Assembly (NCBI GenBank): GCA_964505845.1
Contig: CAZDMM010000003.1
Location: 2,139-35,827, forward strand
DNA: 33,689 bases
Direction of reading: 5' to 3'
DNA from: an uncultured Caldilineaceae bacterium
GTDB taxonomy: Bacteria; Chloroflexota; Anaerolineae; 4572-78; J111
Shown here: piece by piece, positions 15,326-22,737 of the stretch
Layout of the letters: each line of letters begins with the position of its first letter
Position numbering within the stretch: the stretch's first letter is position 1
Translations under genes and position numbers: made by a program
The notes under the pieces: generated by a model
Databases searched by the model: none
What the model was told of the DNA's origin: nothing
What the model saw: only the letters and a program-made list of their open reading frames with translations

Positions 15326-17326
15326 CTATTTTCTAAAGAGCGCAGCCACCACTATGGCTACCAGCAACAGGGCCAGGCTAAAGCCTATCCAACCCGGGCC
15401 AAATAACCCAACAGCCCGGCGGCCTGTCTCCGGCAGGAACACCACCGGCAAAACGCTCGTGGCCGCCGGCTGAACTGCGGCCACCGGCGTGGCCGGGATG
15501 GGGGTAGGCGGTGGAGGCCGGTTGTCGTCGTCATCATCATCCTGGTCAGAGGGGGTTGGGGTGGGCGTCGGCAGGGGGGTAGAGGTAGGCGCGGCCGCCG
15601 GCACCAGGACCTGTACTTGATTCGAGAGCCGGTCTACCCCCTGGTCAAAGTGCAGCACGGCCTGGTTAAAAATGGTCAACGGCGGCGGGTTGGCCGCGTT
15701 AACCTGAGCGCGCATGGTCATAACCCGCACATCGGCCGGGGCCAGCACCGGGATGATCCAGGTGACTACCTGGCCCGCCACCTGGGTAAAGCCGGCGTTA
15801 ACCTCCGGCGGGCCGAGGAGATTGACCTCAGGGGGCAGAGCATCCACCACCTGGACATTGGTGGCATTGCCGTTGCTTGACTGCGCCTGCGACAGGGTGA
15901 GGGTGAAGGTAAGCGCCTGTCCTACCTGGGCCTGATTGGTATTGACCCCTTTGGTTACCAGGGGGTCAATCATTGGGGTATTAACCGGGGTAAAGGTGGC
16001 GGCGGTATCGGTTAATCCCTGGCTGCTGGTAACCCAGCCGGTGTTGGTGATGACCGCGCCCAGCGGCGTGGCGCTGTCTACCTGCACCAGCATGGTCACG
16101 CTGGCCGAACTATTTGGGTTGAGCGCGCCCAGCGGCCAACTCACCACCCCGTTGGCGTCGGGGCCAAAGAAGGGCGCGCTGGCGCTGACAAAGATAGTAC
16201 CGGGCGGGGTCGTATCGGTGATGAGTACGTTGGTTAACAGGGTTGCGGAATTATTGGCGGCGGTTAAGGTATAAGTCAACAATCCCCCGGCCTGAACCGG
16301 GTTGGGTGCAGCCAGCTTGGTCAGGGCCAGGCTGCCACAGCCGCTTAACCAGGCCACCGCCTGGCGGGCTACCCTGGCGTTATCTTGTTTAAAATAGCCG
16401 GCCACCGCGCCGACCACTGAGTTCCAGTTGCTATCGGCAAAAAGGGCCACACAGCCGGCCCCATCATTAAAGGCCGCTGCCACCGGCGCCAGCAGCGGGT
16501 TCGCGTCGGCGTCGCTGGTAACAAGGGCATTGCTGGTGGGGGCTAAGGAGGAACTGGCCAGCAGTTCTACCCCATTCACTCCGCTGAGGATCGGGTGGCC
16601 GGCAAAGTTGTCGGCTTGATAAATTACCCAGGAGTTGGCCGGGCCGGGCGGGTCAAAATCAGTCGGGTCGCTGAGGGCCACGCCGCCCTGCTGGCTGTAG
16701 CCGTAAGCCTGGAACAAGGCTTCGGCGCCGGCCCTGAACGAGCCAAACTCACCCGAAAGCATTAAACCGTGACCGCTGCTGGTCCAGGCCCGGAGCACAG
16801 CGCCGTCGGCCGCCGTATAAGGAGAAGCCAGGGCAAAGCCTCGGGTTGACCCCTGCACGATCAAAACGGCCACACAAGGCGGAATCGCACCGGCGCTTAT
16901 GTCAATGGTTCCAACACTAAAACCGTTGACGGCCAGGTCGTTGACAAAATCGGCAATGTCGGTGGGGTCCTGGCCCCGGGAAATCTCAAAACCAACCACA
17001 GGGGGACTCATCGTCGTGCAGTCCACCGCCGTTACGGCCATGGGGGAGACTTCGCCGGCCGGAGCCAGCGCCCCCACCTCCAGCCAACCGGCGGTGGTTA
17101 GCTCCAGGGCCGGGGTGGCCGGAGGCTCCGATGTTGGGGGAGGGGGCATATTTTCCGGCGGCGGGGGTAAGGGCGTAACCGATGGCTCTGACGTGGCCGG
17201 CGGGGCCGGGGTAGAGGCCGATTCCTCTCCTGCCTGGTCGGGCGCTTGAGCGCCTACCGGCCCAACCATGAGGCCGAGGGTCAATAAAATAACCGGTAGG
17301 ATTAAACACAGCCGCTTGTTAATCAC
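15326..17326 (-). CDS. LPXTG-anchored surface protein with DUF11-type repeats and a Pro/Thr/Asp-rich stalk
   Basis: The C-terminus LPETG plus hydrophobic segment plus RK tail is a sortase signal. DUF11-like repeats (LTKLAAPNPVQAGGLLTYTLTAANNS...). The GTG at 17326 is proposed as start (M/VINKRLCLILPVILLTLGLMVGPVGAQA) with GGAGGAG just upstream. The ORF track instead starts at a TTG at 17386. Confidence 0.7.
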   Translation of the reverse strand: MINKRLCLILPVILLTLGLMVGPVGAQAPDQAGEESASTPAPPATSEPSVTPLPPPPENMPPPPTSEPPATPALELTTAGWLEVGALAPAGEVSPMAVTAVDCTTMSPPVVGFEISRGQDPTDIADFVNDLAVNGFSVGTIDISAGAIPPCVAVLIVQGSTRGFALASPYTAADGAVLRAWTSSGHGLMLSGEFGSFRAGAEALFQAYGYSQQGGVALSDPTDFDPPGPANSWVIYQADNFAGHPILSGVNGVELLASSSLAPTSNALVTSDADANPLLAPVAAAFNDGAGCVALFADSNWNSVVGAVAGYFKQDNARVARQAVAWLSGCGSLALTKLAAPNPVQAGGLLTYTLTAANNSATLLTNVLITDTTPPGTIFVSASAPFFGPDANGVVSWPLGALNPNSSASVTMLVQVDSATPLGAVITNTGWVTSSQGLTDTAATFTPVNTPMIDPLVTKGVNTNQAQVGQALTFTLTLSQAQSSNGNATNVQVVDALPPEVNLLGPPEVNAGFTQVAGQVVTWIIPVLAPADVRVMTMRAQVNAANPPPLTIFNQAVLHFDQGVDRLSNQVQVLVPAAAPTSTPLPTPTPTPSDQDDDDDDNRPPPPTPIPATPVAAVQPAATSVLPVVFLPETGRRAVGLFGPGWIGFSLALLLVAIVVAALFRK

Positions 17327-17382
17327 CCCACTCCTCCCCTCCCCAAAGATTTGGGGGCTTTCATGGCGCCTCTCCAATCTTG

Positions 17383-18504
17383 TCAATAACCTACCGCTCT
17401 AAACTCGTGGCGTGCAATCTGCTGGTTTAACGGGTCAATACAAATCTCAAAGGGCGTAGTCTGACTCCCCACGATGACTTCAGGATAGGCCGGGGCATAT
17501 TCGCCAAAACCGGCTACCTGCCCCTGGTCATCATAAGTAGTGGCCATGATAACCAAATAATCCGCCAGCGGAGAGCCTGTGTTTTGAACCTGGCCGCTCA
17601 GACAATACATGTTCGATTCACCGGCCCATTGGTTGATATTGGCAAATTGAAAATCCTGGCGGGGGAAATCGGTAGCCGGGGCCGATAGGGCCACCAGGTC
17701 AAGACGATAGATGGGCTGAGGGCTTTCGACTGTCAGCTCAAAGGGCACATGCGCGCCCGGCGGGATCACCTCGACCGGCACATAACTCAGGGTATCAATT
17801 TCATCTTCGATGACCTGGTCCTGGGCATCGTAAAAAATGCCAGACACTTCAACCGCCTGTTGGGGGCTGCCGGTACTGTTGATGAGTTCGCCCACCACCA
17901 CGGCGTTGCCTTCCTCAAGCGAGGTGTGAACCGCTCTAAAAGACCATCCAGGGACTTCGGAGTTGGGCTCTGGCTCAGAGTCTGGCGGCGGGGGAAGGGT
18001 GGCGGTAGGATTCGGCTCGATGGGCGGCAGGGCCGTTGGCTGCACCGGGAACGTGGGCGTAACTGCAACGGTGGGAGGCGCGGCCAGGGTGGGCTGGCCG
18101 GCGTCTGGCGAGGCCACTATCACCGGCTGGGCTGGGGCCTCGCTGCCCGGCTGCGGTATGGGGGTGGGGGTCAAGGTGGGCAGGTGTAAGGGGGGGGCGG
18201 CCCTGGCCGTCGCCGTTGGGGTAGCCGGGGCCGGTTGAGCCGGCGGCAGCGCGCCGGGCAAGGCGGCCGCCGGCTTTGCCTGGGCCACAGCAGCCGTGGT
18301 GGGGGTAAAAGTGGGCAAAAGGTTCTTAATGCGAACGGCCCCGGAGGGCGCCGCCCCACCCCACGAGCAGGCCAGCGAAACCAGGGCCGCCAGGGTGATG
18401 AAGACCGGCGACGGCAGCCATGCAGCGCCTCGCTCCGGGCCGGCGGCCTGAGAGTCGCTGTCGCCAGGGTTTTGAGCACCACAATTTTGACGATGGTTGA
18501 ACAT
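17383..18504 (-). CDS. Membrane-anchored Pro/Ala/Thr-rich protein with two C-terminal FxLYD-like beta domains
   Basis: 373 aa. TM segment VFITLAALVSLACSWGG, then a low-complexity linker of about 140 aa. Two related roughly 90-aa modules follow (GELINSTGSPQQAVEVSGIFYDAQDQVI; GQVQNTGSPLADYLVIMATTYDDQGQVA). The FxLYD assignment is tentative. Confidence 0.55.
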   Translation of the reverse strand: MFNHRQNCGAQNPGDSDSQAAGPERGAAWLPSPVFITLAALVSLACSWGGAAPSGAVRIKNLLPTFTPTTAAVAQAKPAAALPGALPPAQPAPATPTATARAAPPLHLPTLTPTPIPQPGSEAPAQPVIVASPDAGQPTLAAPPTVAVTPTFPVQPTALPPIEPNPTATLPPPPDSEPEPNSEVPGWSFRAVHTSLEEGNAVVVGELINSTGSPQQAVEVSGIFYDAQDQVIEDEIDTLSYVPVEVIPPGAHVPFELTVESPQPIYRLDLVALSAPATDFPRQDFQFANINQWAGESNMYCLSGQVQNTGSPLADYLVIMATTYDDQGQVAGFGEYAPAYPEVIVGSQTTPFEICIDPLNQQIARHEFRAVGY

Positions 18505-18534
18505 ATTGGCGTTCCCCCGTTAATTTAAGATGAA

Positions 18535-20409
18535 CTATTTCACAATGAGCGGTAGAAATACCTGGCCCAGCACCGCTGTCCCGGCGGCCGCCGCATCGTT
18601 GGCCGGGTTAAGGTCGGGTCTGGCGGCGCTTACGGCAACCGTGTTGGTGATCGTTCCCGCCTGGGTAGGGGTGGTCGCCAGGGTGACCACTGCCCCCGCG
18701 CCCTGGGTGAGGTCGCCCAGCGTGCAGGTGATGATACCTCCGGCGGGCCAACCGCAACTGCCCTGGCTGGGTACAATTGAAGCGATGCTTAAACCGGGCG
18801 GCAGGGTATCGCTGAGGGTAACGGCGGTGGCCGTAAAAGGGCCGGTATTCGTTACCAGCAGGGTGTAAGTTAAGGGTTGGCCGGCCAGGATAGAACCAGA
18901 CGAGGCGACCGGAGTCACCGACAGGTCAAAGAGCGATTGGAAACCGGCCAAAGCGTCAATCCGGCCATTGCCATAGGTATTATCTGCGCCCGCTGCACCC
19001 AAATCTACCACACTGTTCAACAGGGCCGTCTCCTGCTGGGCTACCGTCAGCGACGGAGCGGCATTCAAGAGCAAAGCCAGCACCCCGGCCACGTGCGGCG
19101 CGGCAAAAGAGGTGCCGGTGGCATTGGTATATGCTTCAAAACGGTCGGTGGTATGAACGCTGACCCCCGGCGCCACCACCTCTGGAAAAACCGTCCCCTC
19201 ATTACAGCCGGGGGGTGAGGTGGGGCGCGGCCCGCGGCTGCTGCCGGTATAAATGACGCTGCTGTTATTGATAGCGCCTACGGCAAAAGCTTCTGGATAG
19301 TTGGCCGGGCTATAACTGGTTGAACTGGTGGGGCCGCTGTTGCCGGCGGCAAAAATGGGCAAGATGCCGGCGGCGCGCAGGGCTTGCAGGTCGGGCTGAA
19401 ATTCCAGGTTGCACCCGTTGGGGTTGCCATAGGTCCAGGAGTTATTGACCACCTGCGGCGCGTCTGCGGTAGCCGGGTTGTCATCCGGGTCAAGCAGCCA
19501 TTGAAAGCCCTGGTGAAAGGCGGCGGTTGTGCCCGTTCCATCATCTTTAAAGACTTTAACCGCAATCCAGTGGGCCTGGGGAGCAATGCCAAAGGCAACG
19601 CCGCCATCTTCTCCGCCCACCATCAGGCCCATAGTGCGGGTGCCGTGGCCGCTGCTGCTCCCGGCCAGGTCGGTGGGTGTGGATGGATGCTGGTTGTACG
19701 GGTCGTACCAGCTATTGGAGCCGCCCCGCCACTTGGGGCCAAGGTCTGGGTGAGCGCCGTCTACCCCGGTATCCATGTTGGCTATGACCAGGCCCTGCCC
19801 TTGATAGCCCAAATCCCACAACGCCTGAACATTAATAAGCGTTAGATTGGGTTGGGCGGCCTGGGCGCCGATTTGCCCCGGCTCTGCCGGCAAGAGCGGC
19901 GGGGCCTGGATCGTTTCATTGAGGCTGATCTTGAGCACCTCGGGCCGGGCCGCCAACTCTTGAATCACGCCCGGAGGGGCTGAAACGGCCAGGCCGTTGA
20001 AAATCCAAAAATACGTGGCCGGGCCGGCCTGTCCCTGGGCCTGCCGTTGGGCAAGCCAGGCCCTGAGCGCCCGCTGGCTGAGAGCGGCTTTGGCCTGCAG
20101 GGTTTCTACCACCCGGTTAAGCCGGGCCGCCCGGTTGAGCCGGGCCGCGTCGGAGGCCAACCGGGGCAAATCTACCTGCTCTTTGAGGGTAACAATCACG
20201 CTCAACTGCTCACCGGCCTTGAGCGCCCGCAGCGCCGCCTGCACCGGGGGCGTTAGAGTGGCCGCCTCCGCAGGAGCGCCCCCGGCGGTGAAGGCCGGCA
20301 GCGCAGCCTGAACCTGGGCGGCCGGCCGGTGAAGCGGCAGGAGCACAAACAGCAAAGCCAGCACTACGCCCCCCACGAGGGCCTTCTCGCCCAGGCTGCC
20401 ACCGGTCAT
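18535..20409 (-). CDS. Secreted subtilisin-like serine protease (S8) with an I9-type propeptide and a C-terminal DUF11 repeat
   Basis: Catalytic triad contexts NMDTGVD, HGTRTMG and GTSFAAPHVAG. DUF11-like LTYTLLVTNTGPFTATAVTLSDTLPPGL...SQGSC. The start codon lies 3 nt after the copCD-like stop. Confidence 0.85.
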   Translation of the reverse strand: MTGGSLGEKALVGGVVLALLFVLLPLHRPAAQVQAALPAFTAGGAPAEAATLTPPVQAALRALKAGEQLSVIVTLKEQVDLPRLASDAARLNRAARLNRVVETLQAKAALSQRALRAWLAQRQAQGQAGPATYFWIFNGLAVSAPPGVIQELAARPEVLKISLNETIQAPPLLPAEPGQIGAQAAQPNLTLINVQALWDLGYQGQGLVIANMDTGVDGAHPDLGPKWRGGSNSWYDPYNQHPSTPTDLAGSSSGHGTRTMGLMVGGEDGGVAFGIAPQAHWIAVKVFKDDGTGTTAAFHQGFQWLLDPDDNPATADAPQVVNNSWTYGNPNGCNLEFQPDLQALRAAGILPIFAAGNSGPTSSTSYSPANYPEAFAVGAINNSSVIYTGSSRGPRPTSPPGCNEGTVFPEVVAPGVSVHTTDRFEAYTNATGTSFAAPHVAGVLALLLNAAPSLTVAQQETALLNSVVDLGAAGADNTYGNGRIDALAGFQSLFDLSVTPVASSGSILAGQPLTYTLLVTNTGPFTATAVTLSDTLPPGLSIASIVPSQGSCGWPAGGIITCTLGDLTQGAGAVVTLATTPTQAGTITNTVAVSAARPDLNPANDAAAAGTAVLGQVFLPLIVK

Positions 20410-20412
20410 GCC

Positions 20413-22584
20413 CTATAACCTGTTTCCAGGCGCCGCCACCCGCTCTGCTTCATCGGCTACCCCTCGCAGCTCTGGCATGGGTGCAGGCCAGGAGCGCGCC
20501 CAACGCCGGCGCCCCAGCCACAGCCCGGCCGCCAACATCAGCCCCAAGCCGAGTATCCCGGCGGCTGCGGTGAGGGTCGGCTCCAGAGGCCGCTTAGAAA
20601 TAATGACCGGGCGGGCCGGACCTGCCGGGGCCACCAGCCACGTGAAGCGAGCCACGCTGTCTTCAAGGCCCTGCCGCCGGACCACTACCTGCACCTGCCA
20701 GGCCCCGGCCAGGCTGAGGTTGCCGCCGCCCACCTGGTAGAGTCCCGGCTCAAGCTCAAGCGCGTCGGCGGAGGTGCGGCCTAAATCCTGGTCCAAAAAG
20801 GTAAAGTGCAGGATAACCCGCATCACCTCGGCCGGGGGTGGACGCCGGGTGCTCACCGCCCGCACGGTGAAGATATTTTGGCCGGGCCGGTTGGGCTTGG
20901 CCGAGAAGGTGACCAGCATATCATCGGCCATCTGGTCAAGCATGGCCGGAATTTCTTCCGCCGCCACCTCAAACTCCGCCCCACGCGCCGGCGGAGCCGC
21001 CGTGACCAGGCCCGTAACCAGCAAGACCACCAACCCTACCCCGGCTTCGGCTAAAAGCAGGGCCGGCAGGCGGCAGAGGGGGAGAGGCGTCCACCCCGGC
21101 GGGCGATGCAGCCAACGCGCCAGCGGTGCGGCCAGGGAGGGATGCAGCAGCAGCACATTCAACAGGCCCAGCACGCCGGCCAGCAGGAACAAGCTAATTT
21201 TGCCCAGGAGGGCCTGCCCGTACAGGGTAGCCAGCAAAGCATCAAACGAGGCCGCCTGCCGGCCGGTGTTGTACAACCCGGTAGCCAGCAGCAGCCCCAC
21301 GCTGAGGGCAGCCAGGCCGCTAAAAGCCCCCCAGCCGGCCCGCGCCAGGGCAGCCCCATCAGCTTGATGCTGGTTCCGCCTCAGCAGCGGCAATCCGGCC
21401 AGCAGCAGGGCCAGCAGCCCACCCAGCCACAAGCCGGCCGCCAGCAGGTGGAGCGTATCTACGGCCACCGCCACAGCCGTGTTTGGGGTGAGGGCCGCCG
21501 CATGCCCGGTCAAAGCCTGCACCGCCAGCAGAGCCAGCAGCAGCAGGCCGGTCAGCGCCAAAAGCGATTTGTGGTTCAACAGAGAAGCAGCGGTCAGGAA
21601 TTTAACTCCTGCTGCGTTGCCCTGGCCCTTCTCAAGCGTCAAGGATTGTACCGGCCCGCGCTGCAGCCGGAACAGCCCGGCCAGCAGCGCCGCCAAAATC
21701 CCCTGGCGCAGCAGCCACAGCAGGCCCCAACGAGTTTGGCCAAGCAAAGGCCAGATTATGCCGGCCGGGGAGGCGCTCTCCGGCAGCGTTTCTAGCAGCA
21801 GCATCATCTGCCACAACAGCAGGCCGAACCCTGCCGCCAGGGCCAGGCCGGCGCAGGCGGCCGCCAGGGCCAAAACCCGGCTTTGGGCGGCAATCCGCAG
21901 CGCCTTAAGCGGCGGAGCTTCGCCGGGCGAGGGGCGGGTAAAGCCCAAAACCCAATAAGCCACCCCCACACTGCCGGCCAGGGTCAGCAGAAAAGAATAG
22001 TTAAGCCAGCGCAGCAGCACCTCCAGCGCCGGGATCTGGGTTTCGGCCTGGAACGCTGCGGCGCCGGACAGGTCTGCCTTAGCCCCTACCCCAACCCCCC
22101 GCAGGCCCTGGGTAAAATGGCCGTCAGCCTCCGACAGCACCCGCCAGCGCACGCTGTAAAGGCCAGGCGGCAGAGGGGGCAGCTTCAAGAGCAAAAGCTT
22201 CTCGGCCGGCTCAACCCGGAGCTTGTGAAGCCGCACTACCCGGCCCTGGGCGTCTAAAATTTGGGCGCTGCTAAACTGGGAAGAAATGGCTTCGCTGAAC
22301 CAAAGGCGCACCTCAGACGGCGCCTTGGCCAGGATAGCGTTGTCGGCCGGGTCGGAGCGCACCAGGATAGCATGAGCCGCAGCACTGGTGGGAATTACAG
22401 CCGCCGCCAGAAGGGCCAGCAGGGCCGCTAACCAGCTTCTTCTAAAAGCCTGTCTGAAAAGCTTCCCGGAGGCTCGATCCTGAGGAAGACCGGCTGTTAA
22501 CGCCAGAGATTGTCTCTGGAAACCAGCCTCCGGGAAGCTAAACCACCGGCTTTTCAGACAGTTTTTAAGGATTAGGTTGACCAT
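20413..22584 (-). CDS. CopC-CopD fusion protein (YcnJ-like) with an extra C-terminal YtkA/FixH-like domain and a terminal TM
   Basis: Mature N-terminus HAILVRSDPADN... with SEADGH (CopC D-x-H). A poly-TM CopD-like region of about 340 aa follows, then a beta-rich roughly 110-aa domain and a final TM. The start is uncertain because the first about 45 codons run through a nested inverted repeat. Confidence 0.75.
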   Translation of the reverse strand: MVNLILKNCLKSRWFSFPEAGFQRQSLALTAGLPQDRASGKLFRQAFRRSWLAALLALLAAAVIPTSAAAHAILVRSDPADNAILAKAPSEVRLWFSEAISSQFSSAQILDAQGRVVRLHKLRVEPAEKLLLLKLPPLPPGLYSVRWRVLSEADGHFTQGLRGVGVGAKADLSGAAAFQAETQIPALEVLLRWLNYSFLLTLAGSVGVAYWVLGFTRPSPGEAPPLKALRIAAQSRVLALAAACAGLALAAGFGLLLWQMMLLLETLPESASPAGIIWPLLGQTRWGLLWLLRQGILAALLAGLFRLQRGPVQSLTLEKGQGNAAGVKFLTAASLLNHKSLLALTGLLLLALLAVQALTGHAAALTPNTAVAVAVDTLHLLAAGLWLGGLLALLLAGLPLLRRNQHQADGAALARAGWGAFSGLAALSVGLLLATGLYNTGRQAASFDALLATLYGQALLGKISLFLLAGVLGLLNVLLLHPSLAAPLARWLHRPPGWTPLPLCRLPALLLAEAGVGLVVLLVTGLVTAAPPARGAEFEVAAEEIPAMLDQMADDMLVTFSAKPNRPGQNIFTVRAVSTRRPPPAEVMRVILHFTFLDQDLGRTSADALELEPGLYQVGGGNLSLAGAWQVQVVVRRQGLEDSVARFTWLVAPAGPARPVIISKRPLEPTLTAAAGILGLGLMLAAGLWLGRRRWARSWPAPMPELRGVADEAERVAAPGNRL
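22450..22561 (-). repeat. 112-nt nested inverted-repeat element (MITE-like or structured leader) inside the annotated 5' end of the copCD-like ORF
   Basis: AGCTTCCCGGAGGCT (22460-22474) pairs perfectly with AGCCTCCGGGAAGCT (22525-22539). The outer arms CTGTCTGAAAAGC (22450-22462) and GCTTTTCAGACAG (22549-22561) also pair. An inner 7-bp hairpin CCAGAGA-TTG-TCTCTGG lies at 22503-22519. Confidence 0.7.
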
Positions 22585-22605
22585 GATAGTATGGGAGACA
22601 TACCT

Positions 22606-22634
22606 ATTATATGAAAAGGTCTCCTGGGTGTTAA
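22606..22634 (-). promoter_or_regulatory. Candidate promoter TTAACA-17 nt-TATAAT for the copCD-like unit, bracketed by the dyad GGAGAC (22594-22599) / GTCTCC (22619-22624)
   Basis: Read on the minus strand: -35 at 22634-22629, a perfect -10 at 22611-22606, with an exact 17-nt spacer. It lies in an AT-rich island about 21 nt upstream of the ATG at 22584. Confidence 0.45.
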
Positions 22635-22692
22635 TGACCCTGCCCCACCCTTAAAGAACTAAAAAAGGACTATCATCAGACCGGTTCTGGCG

Positions 22693-22710
22693 AAAAGAAC
22701 TAGTTCTTTT
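22693..22710. promoter_or_regulatory. 18-bp perfect palindrome AAAAGAACTAGTTCTTTT, with an extra half-site AAAGAACTA at 22653-22661
   Basis: Verified by hand. It lies in the 153-nt AT-rich gap between the small secreted protein gene and the copCD-like promoter. Confidence 0.5.
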
Positions 22711-22737
22711 AACACAAAAAAGACTATTTACAGCCGG

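Noticed and set aside
20774-21958. Several 150-230-aa + strand ORFs (Q/R/G-rich) inside the copCD-like gene, and similar overlapping ORFs inside most other genes
   Set aside because: These are shadow ORFs of GC-rich coding sequence. In each case the opposite or alternative frame carries clear family motifs.
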